NCBI GenBank assembly: GCA_001780725.1 | Contig: MFIM01000001.1 | Location: forward strand, 83,642 to 147,641 | Length of the DNA stretch: 64,000 nucleotides | Direction of reading: 5' to 3' | Source: Candidatus Giovannonibacteria bacterium RIFCSPLOWO2_02_FULL_45_28 | Lineage (GTDB): Bacteria > Patescibacteriota > Minisyncoccia > UBA11713 > 2-01-FULL-45-33 | Part shown: positions 1 through 8,412 of the stretch, in pieces | Numbering within the stretch: position 1 is the first letter of the stretch | How the letters are laid out: each line of letters starts with the position of its first letter | Made by a program: the position numbers and the translations under genes | Notes under the pieces: generated by a model | Databases searched by the model: none | Seen by the model: the letters and a program-made list of their open reading frames with translations, nothing else | What the model was told of the DNA's origin: nothing

Positions 1-54
1 CAAGCTTTCCGGTTTTTGTGCCCCAAATGCCTACATGAGTATGCGCGTCAATAA

Positions 55-1053
55 TCATCTTCTTAAAATTCTGGCTGTTTCTTCGGGAGCGACTTTAACC
101 ACATCTATCCCGGCGCCGAGTTCCAAGCCGCCCCATGTGGCTATTCTCGGCAAAATCTCCATGTGCCAATGATAGTGCCGCGCGTGCCGCTCTTTGGGCG
201 GGGCGGTATGTATGAAAAAGTTATAATCCGGATTTTTCAGCGTCTTAATAAAACGAGAAAAAATTACGCTCAATGCGTCCGCCAAATCATTGCGCTGCTC
301 CTGATCAATAGCCTCAAACCTGGATTCGTGCCTTTTTGGGAAAATTCTTATCTCATACGCCACCCGCGAAGCATACGGGGCCAGCACAACAAATGACTTA
401 TTTTGATAAATAAGCCGCTTTTTTTCTTTAATCTCCGTTCGCAAAACATCACAATGCACGCACCTTTTGTGTGTATGAAAATATTTTCTGGATCCTTCAA
501 TGCTTCTTTTAACATCCGGTGGAATTATCGGAATTGCAAAAACCTGGGAGTGCGGATGCGGCACGGTAGCGCCCGCGCGGGATCCGTGATTGTGAATTAT
601 TAAAATGTAATCAACGCAAGACTCGGCTGAAAGAGCCTGATATCTTGATTGGTACGCCTCAATTACCAATTCTATTTCGCCTTTTGACATGGCGCCGAAA
701 TGTCTGTCGTGCGACCTGGTTACTATAACCTCCTGAAATCCAACCCCGATCTTTGTTTCGTGTATTCCGCATCTCTCAAGCGGCGGGCAGATATTTGAGC
801 GCTCAACTACCGGATATTTATTGGGAAAAATCGCCACCCACCAGTCTTTTAAATCTTTTTTGCCTGGCGCTGGGAACCACAACAGAATTTTTTCTTGGTT
901 GGACTTTTGCGGGTCCTCAAAAGGGCATCGTGATTTTGGTGATGGCTTGCTCACCTCGCCCTTAAAAAAAACTGGTTTTTTTTGAATACCGGTGGAAACC
1001 AAAACCCAATCGCCGGATACTGGATCCTTTCTAAATTCTATCGTTGTTTTCAT
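55..1053 (-). CDS. galT: Galactose-1-phosphate uridylyltransferase (HIT superfamily GalT-like)
   Basis: 332 aa. HPHSQ histidine-triad-type motif (GalT has HPHGQ) and Cys/His-rich putative Zn site (CPF...C..HC). The downstream GT2 gene's stop overlaps this gene's start at 1050-1053, so the two are translationally coupled. Confidence 0.7.
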   Translation of the reverse strand: MKTTIEFRKDPVSGDWVLVSTGIQKKPVFFKGEVSKPSPKSRCPFEDPQKSNQEKILLWFPAPGKKDLKDWWVAIFPNKYPVVERSNICPPLERCGIHETKIGVGFQEVIVTRSHDRHFGAMSKGEIELVIEAYQSRYQALSAESCVDYILIIHNHGSRAGATVPHPHSQVFAIPIIPPDVKRSIEGSRKYFHTHKRCVHCDVLRTEIKEKKRLIYQNKSFVVLAPYASRVAYEIRIFPKRHESRFEAIDQEQRNDLADALSVIFSRFIKTLKNPDYNFFIHTAPPKERHARHYHWHMEILPRIATWGGLELGAGIDVVKVAPEETARILRR

Positions 1054-1787
1054 AATTTTATTTTCTTTAATCTGCGATTAATTTTAAAAACCTCCCACAA
1101 AGTCCTGAAATAAGATCCGAACTTTACGGAAGTCCTTGGATCGTTAATCCAGTTCGCCGGAACAATCCCGATTTTGTATCCGAAGCGCTTGGCAAGCGCC
1201 AAAGTCTCAACGTCAAAAGCCCAACGATTTATTTTTGCGGAATTAAAAATTTTTTCCGCCGCGAAATCACGAAACGCCTTAAAACCGCACTGCGTATCCC
1301 AAATTCCCGGAACGGCCATCCATTGAATGTAAAGGTTTCCCATATTTCCTAAAAGCCTCTTCCACCAAACCTGCGACACCGCCTGCTTTGCGCCCGCGGC
1401 GTCTTTGGGATCTCTGGAGCAAATTACAACTTCGTAACCCTTGTCAAAAAACGCGCGCATCGCCTCAAAATGTGAAATGTCCGTAGCGTTGTCAGCGTCG
1501 GCAAAAAGGCGTATTCTGCCGTATGCGGCAAGCATGCCTTCCCGCACGGTATAACCTTTGCCCATATTTCTTTTGCGGTCAATAATCCGCAAATTTTTTA
1601 TATCGTTAACCGCTCTCCCCGCAATTTCCGCAGTTCCGTCACGCGATCCGTCGTTTACAACCAAAATTTCGTAGCTGTAAGCCTGCTCTGACAAATATTC
1701 ATGAAAGCGGCGCAGTGTTTTCGGCAACCGCTCTGCCTCATTGTAAGCCGGAACAATAACCGACAAATACACGTCAGGTTGTGGCAT
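1050..1787 (-). CDS. Family 2 glycosyltransferase (dolichol-phosphate mannosyltransferase-like)
   Basis: 245 aa. N-terminal SVIVPAYNE...NDGSRDGT and DAD motifs typical of GT-A fold GT2 enzymes. Confidence 0.8.
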   Translation of the reverse strand: MPQPDVYLSVIVPAYNEAERLPKTLRRFHEYLSEQAYSYEILVVNDGSRDGTAEIAGRAVNDIKNLRIIDRKRNMGKGYTVREGMLAAYGRIRLFADADNATDISHFEAMRAFFDKGYEVVICSRDPKDAAGAKQAVSQVWWKRLLGNMGNLYIQWMAVPGIWDTQCGFKAFRDFAAEKIFNSAKINRWAFDVETLALAKRFGYKIGIVPANWINDPRTSVKFGSYFRTLWEVFKINRRLKKIKL

Positions 1788-1811
1788 GGGTTTATTTTAA
1801 CATGCCGGAAA

Positions 1812-1840
1812 CCAAACAAAAAAGCGGCCTAGGTGGCCGC
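1812..1840 (-). terminator. Rho-independent terminator (hairpin GCGGCC-TAGGT-GGCCGC followed by a U-run on the minus strand)
   Basis: Perfect 6-bp GC stem at 1824-1840. On the minus strand it is followed by TTTTTTGTTT, directly downstream of the 65-aa ORF at 1857-2054. Confidence 0.55.
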
Positions 1841-1856
1841 AGATAGTTTCTGTGTT

Positions 1857-2054
1857 TTACGAGCTTATCAATTCAACAGCCCTTCTCCGATCGCACTCGT
1901 GCATAGCGTTAACAGCTATGTCAGCTAAGACTGGTTTTGATGCTTCTTTGGGCACGAGTGTTTTGAGAGTCAGAAATATAACCCTTGCCGCCATATCAAA
2001 GTTAATGCTCGCTTTCGCGGAAATCTCCAATATAAGATCGTCAAATTTTGTCAT
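1857..2054 (-). CDS. Small hypothetical protein (65 aa)
   Basis: ORF with its own downstream terminator hairpin. No recognisable motif. Confidence 0.35.
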   Translation of the reverse strand: MTKFDDLILEISAKASINFDMAARVIFLTLKTLVPKEASKPVLADIAVNAMHECDRRRAVELISS

Positions 2055-2108
2055 TGTAAAACACCCTTTTGTTAGATTGTTCTATGGCTAATGTAGCAAA
2101 TTAACTAT

Positions 2109-2200
2109 TGCTTTGTCAATACCTCCGCGCCGGTTTTTGTTACAACAATCGTATGCTCAAAATGGGCGGCGCGGGAGCCGTCACGAGTGACCCATGTCCA
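2109..2200. repeat. Degenerate duplicate of the map 3' end (direct repeat partner of 2604-2697)
   Basis: About 90 bp at ~85% identity to the 3' terminus of map. Its reverse-complement translation gives [31 protein letters not shown], a diverged version of the Map C-terminus [31 protein letters not shown]. Confidence 0.8.
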
Positions 2201-2240
2201 GCAGTTTTGACGTTTATGTTGTTAATGTTACAATCAGCTT

Positions 2241-2432
2241 ATGGAAGTCATTACTGATTTTCTTACAGATTCAGCAAAGATAGTGTTTGGCTCTGCTGTT
2301 ATCGGATTTTTCATTCCTGGCATTGTCGGACCAATTTCGCTTACCACATTTGCCGGCGGGGCCGTTGCAACCACGGCGCTTTTGACGCTAGCAACTTTAT
2401 TATCAACTAAATTTAAAAGCATAAAACCATGA
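2241..2432 (+). CDS. Hydrophobic micro-protein 1 (63 aa, predicted membrane peptide)
   Basis: First of three tiny ORFs linked by ATGA stop/start overlaps. Gly/Ala/Ile/Leu-rich sequence consistent with a single transmembrane helix. Confidence 0.35.
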   Translation: MEVITDFLTDSAKIVFGSAVIGFFIPGIVGPISLTTFAGGAVATTALLTLATLLSTKFKSIKP

Positions 2433-2518
2433 ATCCAATCGTCGTCTATATTTACGCGTTAGTAGTAGGTCTTATCGCATTTTTTATAGGCATAAAGTTA
2501 AGCCAAAAAAAGCCATGA
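2429..2518 (+). CDS. Hydrophobic micro-protein 2 (29 aa)
   Basis: ATG overlaps the stop of the preceding ORF (CCATGA). Sequence MNPIVVYIYALVVGLIAFFIGIKLSQKKP. Confidence 0.3.
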   Translation: MNPIVVYIYALVVGLIAFFIGIKLSQKKP

Positions 2519-2601
2519 GCACCGACACAATACTTTATATAATTTTCGGCGTTCTAGTAATTTTTTCATTTGCCGTAGCTTATTATTACGGCAGACAGTA
2601 A
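2515..2601 (+). CDS. Hydrophobic micro-protein 3 (28 aa)
   Basis: Again ATGA-coupled to the previous ORF. Sequence MSTDTILYIIFGVLVIFSFAVAYYYGRQ. Confidence 0.3.
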   Translation: MSTDTILYIIFGVLVIFSFAVAYYYGRQ

Positions 2602-2603
2602 TT

Positions 2604-3395
2604 CTACCACTTTGTCAATACCTCCGCCCTATTTTTTGTTACTACCACCGTATGCTCAAAATGGGCGGCGCGGGAGCCGTCGCTGGTCACCCATATCCAG
2701 CCGTCGGGAGCAATTTTTACTTTTGGACTGCCGTCGGTCGCCATTGGCTCCAATGCAATAACCATTCCCTCAACAAGTTCGGCGCCGACTCCTTTTTTTC
2801 CAAAATTCGGGATTTCCGGATCCTCGTGAACAGCACTTCCGACGCCATGCCCAACAAGCTCACGGACAACACCGAAACCCTCTTTTTCTAAAAATTGCTG
2901 AATTGCGTATCCGATATCGCCGACTCGCGCTCCCGCGCGGACTTGCGCGATGCCGATTTCCAAAGATTTTTTAGTGGCTTCAATAAGTTTGTTTGATCTG
3001 CCCCAAACCGAGTTTAGGTCACTTGTTGACCTAAACTCGGTTTGGGTCACCAAAGTAAGCGCAGTATCCGTAAACAGCCCCTCCCATTGCATCCCGATAT
3101 CCAACCCCACAACGTCCCCTGCTTTCAAAACCCTGTCCGTCGGCAACCCATGCACAACTTCGTCGTTTATAGAAACGCAAAGCGAGCCCGGATAGGGCAT
3201 CGGCGCTCCCCGAACTTTGTATCCCTTAAATGAAGGCGCGCCTCCGGCTTTTAAAATCAGCTTCTCCGCCAAATCATCCAGCTCACGCGCGGAAACTCCG
3301 GCAATCGCATGGTGTGCAACTTCCTGCAAAACGGCGGCAAGTCTCTTGCCGCCTTCCCGCAAAATCTCAAGCTCTTTTTGGTTTTTGATGATCAT
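2604..3395 (-). CDS. map: Methionine aminopeptidase type I
   Basis: 263 aa. Pita-bread fold metal ligands (D..D...H...E...E pattern: DVVGLDIG, VHGLP, HFEHTVVVT). In the canonical secY-adk-map position. Confidence 0.9.
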   Translation of the reverse strand: MIIKNQKELEILREGGKRLAAVLQEVAHHAIAGVSARELDDLAEKLILKAGGAPSFKGYKVRGAPMPYPGSLCVSINDEVVHGLPTDRVLKAGDVVGLDIGMQWEGLFTDTALTLVTQTEFRSTSDLNSVWGRSNKLIEATKKSLEIGIAQVRAGARVGDIGYAIQQFLEKEGFGVVRELVGHGVGSAVHEDPEIPNFGKKGVGAELVEGMVIALEPMATDGSPKVKIAPDGWIWVTSDGSRAAHFEHTVVVTKNRAEVLTKW

Positions 3396-3994
3396 AGCCC
3401 AACTGCTTTTACAATGTCTTGATGAACTTTTTCAACAGATTGCTCACCATTTATTTCCAAAAACTTGTGTTTTGCGCTTTTTTTATAAAATTCTATTGCC
3501 GGCACAACGCGTTTTTCGTAATAAGCCATGCGGTGCTTGATGTTTTCCGGATTGTCATCTGCCCGGCCCCTAGCAAGCATACGATCGCGCACCCACTCCG
3601 CGCTGCAATTCAGCCAAATACGAAAAACGTTTTTGCGGTCATAAAAATCTAAAATTTCATCCCAAACCTCCGCCTCTATTGCTGTGCGCGGAGTCCCGTC
3701 CGCAATGATGTGATTAGATTCCGTCACTCCATGTATTAATTCTTTTGTGAAAGCCCAAATAGCCAAAGCATCCGGCGCTTTTTCTCCCGGACCAAGAATT
3801 TTGTTTTGCAGAAACCTGGCTGTCAAAAATTCAGGATGATCAAGCAGTCCTCTCAATTGCGCACCTGTAGAAATATATAGCACGCTATTCAGTCCGCTTT
3901 TATTCTCTAACAATTTCTTTAATAATTCCGCTTGCGTCCCCTTGCCGCAGCCGGAACGCCCAATGAAAGCAAAGCTGTAAAGTGCATTACTCAT
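3392..3994 (-). CDS. adk: Adenylate kinase (P-loop NMP kinase)
   Basis: 200 aa. P-loop GRSGCGKGTQ. Sits between secY and map as in the spc operon. ATGA overlap with map. Confidence 0.8.
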   Translation of the reverse strand: MSNALYSFAFIGRSGCGKGTQAELLKKLLENKSGLNSVLYISTGAQLRGLLDHPEFLTARFLQNKILGPGEKAPDALAIWAFTKELIHGVTESNHIIADGTPRTAIEAEVWDEILDFYDRKNVFRIWLNCSAEWVRDRMLARGRADDNPENIKHRMAYYEKRVVPAIEFYKKSAKHKFLEINGEQSVEKVHQDIVKAVGL

Positions 3995-5252
3995 ACGCGC
4001 GCAAAGATAATTGGCCCTCCACCTGCTTGGCGGTTTCTAAAACAACAGAAACGACAATCAGCAAAGCCGTGCCGCCGATAGTCAAAGTGGCAATACCTGT
4101 AAAACCCTGCACGACAATCGGCAAAACCGCGACCGCGCCCAAAAAAAGCGCCCCCACGAAAGTAATGCGCGTAACAATTTTGCTTAAAAATTCCGCCGTT
4201 GAAGCGCCCGGCCTTATGCCGGGGACGAAAGCCCCGCTTTGCTGAAGATTTTTAGAAACAGCCTGTGGATCAAAAGTTACCGCCGTATAAAAATAAGTAA
4301 ATAGAAAAACTAAAATGAAATAAGCCGCCGCGTAAGCCCAGGAACTTCCCAAAAAGTTAATCACAAAAGCCGCCACCGCCCGCAAAATAGCGCTGGAAGA
4401 GGCTGTAAAAAAATTAGCAACCATTTGCGGCAAAAGCAGGATGGAAAGAGCAAAAATAATAGGAATCACTCCGGCTTGATTCACCTTAAGAGGCAGATAA
4501 GTCGTAGTGCCGCCATACATTCTCATTCCACGGATTCTTTTTGCATAATAAACGGGAATAGGCCTGTCGCCTTCGGAAATATAAACGACGGCCGCAACAG
4601 TAACAACAGCGATAACAAAAAATGAAATGAGCGTCGGCAGCTGCGACGGATCAAATGCGATTACGGTTTGCCTGAAATCGGAAGGCAGGCGCGCCACAAT
4701 ACCCGCAAAGATAAGAAGAGACACGCCGTTGCCGATTCCGTATTCAGAAATCAGCTCGCCAATCCACATAAGCAAAATTGAACCGGCGGCAACTATAATC
4801 ATGTTCCCGAATTTTTCGTAAAAGGTTAAAAATTGCAAAATTCCCTGGCGTTCCAAAATCGTCAAAAGCCCGAAGCCCTGAACCAAAGCCAACGGCACCG
4901 TGAGCATGCGCGAATACTGATTAAATTTCTGGCGGCCGGCTTCACCTTCTTCCTGTTGCAATTCTTTTAAAGCAGGAATGAGCATCGTCAGAAGCTGCAT
5001 AATGATTGATGCGGTAATGTACGGGCCGACTCCCAACATCATAATAGAAAGATTTCCCAAGGCACCGCCGGAAAAAAGGTTCAAAAGCCCGAAAAACTGG
5101 TTTGCCTCAAAAAACTGCCGCAGTTTTTCGGCATCAATCCCGGGAATAGGAACTGAAGAAATCAGCCTGAAAATGGCCAAAAAGCCCAAAACATACAAAA
5201 ATTTTCGGCGCAAATCAATATCTTTTAAAATTAGTTTAAATTTTTCCCACAT
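3987..5252 (-). CDS. secY: Preprotein translocase subunit SecY
   Basis: 421 aa, 10 predicted TM helices, SecY signature segments. Position after rplO. Confidence 0.95.
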   Translation of the reverse strand: MWEKFKLILKDIDLRRKFLYVLGFLAIFRLISSVPIPGIDAEKLRQFFEANQFFGLLNLFSGGALGNLSIMMLGVGPYITASIIMQLLTMLIPALKELQQEEGEAGRQKFNQYSRMLTVPLALVQGFGLLTILERQGILQFLTFYEKFGNMIIVAAGSILLMWIGELISEYGIGNGVSLLIFAGIVARLPSDFRQTVIAFDPSQLPTLISFFVIAVVTVAAVVYISEGDRPIPVYYAKRIRGMRMYGGTTTYLPLKVNQAGVIPIIFALSILLLPQMVANFFTASSSAILRAVAAFVINFLGSSWAYAAAYFILVFLFTYFYTAVTFDPQAVSKNLQQSGAFVPGIRPGASTAEFLSKIVTRITFVGALFLGAVAVLPIVVQGFTGIATLTIGGTALLIVVSVVLETAKQVEGQLSLRAYE

Positions 5253-5667
5253 GTTTTTTGACAGATTCCGACATCAAAATATCTTCTTCAAAGGTTAACT
5301 TTCTTGTAAGCTTTCCTGCTCCCAAAATTTTGACTTTCGGAAATTTTCCGTTTCTCGCCGCAATAAGACCGCGGTCCGCCAAAAGCTTCACAGTCACTTT
5401 TTCTCCGTCAACGAATTTTTTATCCAAACCGCCTAGATTCACCACAGCCGGCTTCATGACAAACCCGCGCCTGAACTTATAACCGCGGCGTTTGTGGATC
5501 TTCTTTATAATATCACGAATTTGCGGGCGAATCCTGCGACCGGAGCGTGATTTCTGCCCCTTAATTCCCCTGCCCGAAAATGACCCGCGCTTCCCCCCGC
5601 GGCCAATGCGTTTGTGTTTTCTCCTGTTTGATTTTAACAAATTATGAGTTTGCATAATGACAACCAT
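5236..5667 (-). CDS. rplO: 50S ribosomal protein L15
   Basis: 143 aa. N-terminal KRIGRGGKRG..SGRG Gly/Arg-rich L15 motif. Confidence 0.9.
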   Translation of the reverse strand: MVVIMQTHNLLKSNRRKHKRIGRGGKRGSFSGRGIKGQKSRSGRRIRPQIRDIIKKIHKRRGYKFRRGFVMKPAVVNLGGLDKKFVDGEKVTVKLLADRGLIAARNGKFPKVKILGAGKLTRKLTFEEDILMSESVKKHVGKI

Positions 5668-5759
5668 GCTAGCTTAAAAGGGCGCGATAGACAAGGACTT
5701 GACACAAATAAACAGGTATGCTAGCTTTAAATTGGGCTTAGATTCCTTGAAAGGAGATT

Positions 5760-6251
5760 GTGATGATGGAAGAGAACCCGCCCTCTTTTGCGGTTTTAGT
5801 TGGGATAATCGTACTCTTTGGTTTGATTCTCATGGTCCTTTTCGGGCAGTCTTCTGTTTCAGATTCTCCAGATTCGCCATTTATCAAAGACAGGTTACCA
5901 TTGTTCTTCTCACCGGCTTTTGGGGACAAAGAAGACATTTTAGCTTACATTGACCTAGATGGCGACGGGAAACACGAAACTGTGTTCGGAAGTACTGGTA
6001 GGATTCACTGGGACTATGTAGGATATAATTTGTGGATATCACCCAACGAATCAAAAACCGGGCGCCGTCTGGTTTTGCAATTTAAAAAGCCTCCGGATAG
6101 GATATGTTTTACCGATATCGACCGTGACGGTATTCTGGATTTAGTTTTGGGCGTGGATGGACACACCCATGTAGCAAGAGGTGATGGTTCGGGAAATTTT
6201 AGGAGTCCCGAACTGATCAGTACTCAGAAAAGGCGAATATGTATCTCCTAA
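5760..6251 (+). CDS. Membrane-anchored FG-GAP/VCBS-like repeat protein
   Basis: 163 aa. AGGAG Shine-Dalgarno sequence 7 nt upstream. N-terminal TM helix. Two Asp/Gly-rich Ca-binding-type repeats (DLDGDGKHE, DIDRDGILDLVLGVDGH). Confidence 0.5.
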   Translation: MMMEENPPSFAVLVGIIVLFGLILMVLFGQSSVSDSPDSPFIKDRLPLFFSPAFGDKEDILAYIDLDGDGKHETVFGSTGRIHWDYVGYNLWISPNESKTGRRLVLQFKKPPDRICFTDIDRDGILDLVLGVDGHTHVARGDGSGNFRSPELISTQKRRICIS

Positions 6252-6295
6252 TCATGCGCACCACCTTCGGGTGTGGCGCTTTTTTGTTTCAAATT

Positions 6296-6356
6296 TTTTT
6301 ATTTCCTCTCTTTCAACTTTTTCAGCGCTTCAAGGGTAGCAAGCGCGTTGGTGAGT
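6296..6356. repeat. Duplicate of the rpsE 3' end (direct repeat partner of 6966-7026)
   Basis: About 55 bp near-identical to the last 18 codons plus stop of rpsE. It differs at synonymous positions (AAA CTC vs AAG CTT). The copy forms a mini-ORF MSKLTNALATLEALKKLKERK*. Confidence 0.85.
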
Positions 6357-6722
6357 TTACTCATTGCCGCTTCGCATTCTAATCCGATGCGGAGAGAAAA
6401 CAACAATTGAGCGGCGCAAATCTTCGGTGGCAATTTCGTCTATCATCGGGCTGATCATTTTAAGCATTGCATTTACCGTAAGTTCATTTGGAAATCTCAA
6501 AATTACGATGCCGTTGTGGCTGCTGAGTGGAAATTTTGTTATATCCGCAAAACCTAAATCCGCAGTAAAAATAACTGCGTTTTTGCTTTGTGCAAATTTA
6601 AAAATTTCTTCGTCAGAGTGGCCACGAAGCCCCACATCTCTGACATCATAAACTTCGTAACCTTTCTCGCGAAAAAGTGGCGCCAATGACCTCGGCAAAT
6701 CCTCATCAACAACAACTCTCAT
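6357..6722 (-). CDS. DUF5615-type PIN-like putative toxin
   Basis: 121 aa. MRVVVDEDLP...FTADLGF pattern characteristic of DUF5615, which pairs with DUF433. Start overlaps the upstream gene's stop (ATGA). Confidence 0.55.
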   Translation of the reverse strand: MRVVVDEDLPRSLAPLFREKGYEVYDVRDVGLRGHSDEEIFKFAQSKNAVIFTADLGFADITKFPLSSHNGIVILRFPNELTVNAMLKMISPMIDEIATEDLRRSIVVFSPHRIRMRSGNE

Positions 6723-6946
6723 ACATAAGCAAGCTTTTCTTCTGCAACCAAACTCGCAGCATAGCGAAGCGCAGCCAAAATCTGATCCTTTGTAAGATCG
6801 TACTCTGTCATAATTTCTTCAAATGTCATGCCCCCAGCAATCTTTCCCACCACTAAGTCAACTGGCACTCTTGTCCCCTTAATAATCGGCTTCCCAAATT
6901 TCACATCTGGGTTTAAAACTATGCCATCTGCTATTTCTTTTACCAT
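6719..6946 (-). CDS. DUF433-type putative antitoxin
   Basis: 75 aa. GKPIIKGTRVPVDLVV...GMTFEEIMTEYDLTKDQILAALRYA matches the DUF433 consensus. Sits upstream of and overlapping the DUF5615 gene. Confidence 0.6.
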   Translation of the reverse strand: MVKEIADGIVLNPDVKFGKPIIKGTRVPVDLVVGKIAGGMTFEEIMTEYDLTKDQILAALRYAASLVAEEKLAYV

Positions 6947-6963
6947 AAATTCATTGTAACAGA

Positions 6964-7425
6964 TTATTTCCTCTCTTTCAACTTTTTCAGCGCTTCAAGG
7001 GTAGCAAGCGCGTTGGTAAGCTTGTTTTTTGTGTGAGATAAAATTTTTGCGCTGGCGTTTTTCACTCCGGCCAAAGCCAGCACAGTTCTTGCGGCCCCGC
7101 CAGCGACCAAACCTTTTCCGGCTTTGCCCGGCTTTAAAATAACTCTTGCGCTGCCGAATTTTGCGTAAACTTCATGCGGTATAGATTGTTCTTTGGTCAG
7201 CGGCACAAAAAGCATATTTTTTCTAGCCTTGCGCGCCGCTTTTTCAATGGACTGCGAAGTATCTGCGGCTTTGCCCAAACCAAAGCCAACCTTGCCTTTT
7301 TGGTCGCCCAAAACCACAGCCGCGCGGAAAGTAAAACGCCGTCCGCCCGCCATAACCCTGGCGACCCTGCGAAGATCAATTAATTTTTGTTCGTATTCGC
7401 TTTTTTGTCTTTGCTGTCTAACCAT
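6964..7425 (-). CDS. rpsE: 30S ribosomal protein S5
   Basis: 153 aa. S5 dsRBD and C-terminal domain motifs (GGRRFTFRAAVVLGDQKGKVGFGLGKA). Confidence 0.9.
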   Translation of the reverse strand: MVRQQRQKSEYEQKLIDLRRVARVMAGGRRFTFRAAVVLGDQKGKVGFGLGKAADTSQSIEKAARKARKNMLFVPLTKEQSIPHEVYAKFGSARVILKPGKAGKGLVAGGAARTVLALAGVKNASAKILSHTKNKLTNALATLEALKKLKERK

Positions 7426-7521
7426 AATATAATACTAATCTACAAATCTTATGCTAATGATACGAATAACGAATAGTTTATTTGTAATTTGTTGCATTCG
7501 AATATCATTCGTTGATTTGCA

Positions 7522-7863
7522 TTATAATTTTAATCCGCTCTCTCTGGCTCCTTCAGCGGCTTTTTTGACTCGGCCATGATATTTATAGCCGCCGCGGTCA
7601 AAAACAGCCCTTGTAATTTTCTTTTCTTTTGCCAGTTTAGCCAAAAGCTTTCCTGCCTCATAAGCAAAATCTGATTTTTTTTGGCCCTTTTTCATTTTAA
7701 TATGCTTGTCTGACACTCCTAAAATGGTTTTCCCCTTATCGTCGTCTATAAGTTGTAAAAATAGGTGCCTGTTGGAGCGATAAACCGAAAAGCGCGGCCT
7801 CTCATTTGTGCCAAAAATTTTTGCCCTAACCCGCTTATGCCTTATGGTTCTTTTTGAAATCAT
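7522..7863 (-). CDS. rplR: 50S ribosomal protein L18
   Basis: 113 aa. L18 family (RLSVYRSNRH, FDRGGYKYHGRVKA). Confidence 0.9.
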   Translation of the reverse strand: MISKRTIRHKRVRAKIFGTNERPRFSVYRSNRHLFLQLIDDDKGKTILGVSDKHIKMKKGQKKSDFAYEAGKLLAKLAKEKKITRAVFDRGGYKYHGRVKKAAEGARESGLKL

Positions 7864-7865
7864 AT

Positions 7866-8411
7866 TTATGCCGCGGCTACCGCTTTCTTGCCGGCCTTTC
7901 TCCTTATAATTTCTCCAAAATAATGTATGCCCTTGCCCTTGTATGGTTCCGGGGGCTTTTGAGCGCGTATTTCCGCCGCCACCCTCCCAACCAATTCTTT
8001 ATCAGCGCCATTTACTAAAATGATATTTTTTTCCACCTTAAAATTAATGCCTTCAGGCGCGGCAACCCGCACCGGATGTGTAAATCCCAAAGACAAGATC
8101 AGGTCGCGCCCTTCCGCCTGCGCCTTGAAGCCGATGCCCGCGATTTCCAGTTTTTTTTCGAAACCGTCCTTAACGCCCAAAATGCAATTTTTAAAAAGCG
8201 CCGCAGTCGTGCCAAGCACGGCATAAGCCTCTTTTGGAACGCGCGGTTTGAGCGAAATAAAAACCCCCTCCGGCTTTTCTTCAATGTTCGCATAAGAAGA
8301 AAACGATTTTTTCAATTCGCCTTTCGGTCCCTTAAAAACCCAAGCGCCGCGGTCATCTGTTATTGATACGCCCGGCGGCACGATTATCGGTTTTTTTGCA
8401 AGTCTGGACAT
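7866..8411 (-). CDS. rplF: 50S ribosomal protein L6
   Basis: L6 N-terminus MSRLAKKPI. The listed ORF starts 9 codons upstream at 8438; true start probably 8411. Confidence 0.85.
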   Translation of the reverse strand: MSRLAKKPIIVPPGVSITDDRGAWVFKGPKGELKKSFSSYANIEEKPEGVFISLKPRVPKEAYAVLGTTAALFKNCILGVKDGFEKKLEIAGIGFKAQAEGRDLILSLGFTHPVRVAAPEGINFKVEKNIILVNGADKELVGRVAAEIRAQKPPEPYKGKGIHYFGEIIRRKAGKKAVAAA

Positions 8412-8412
8412 A

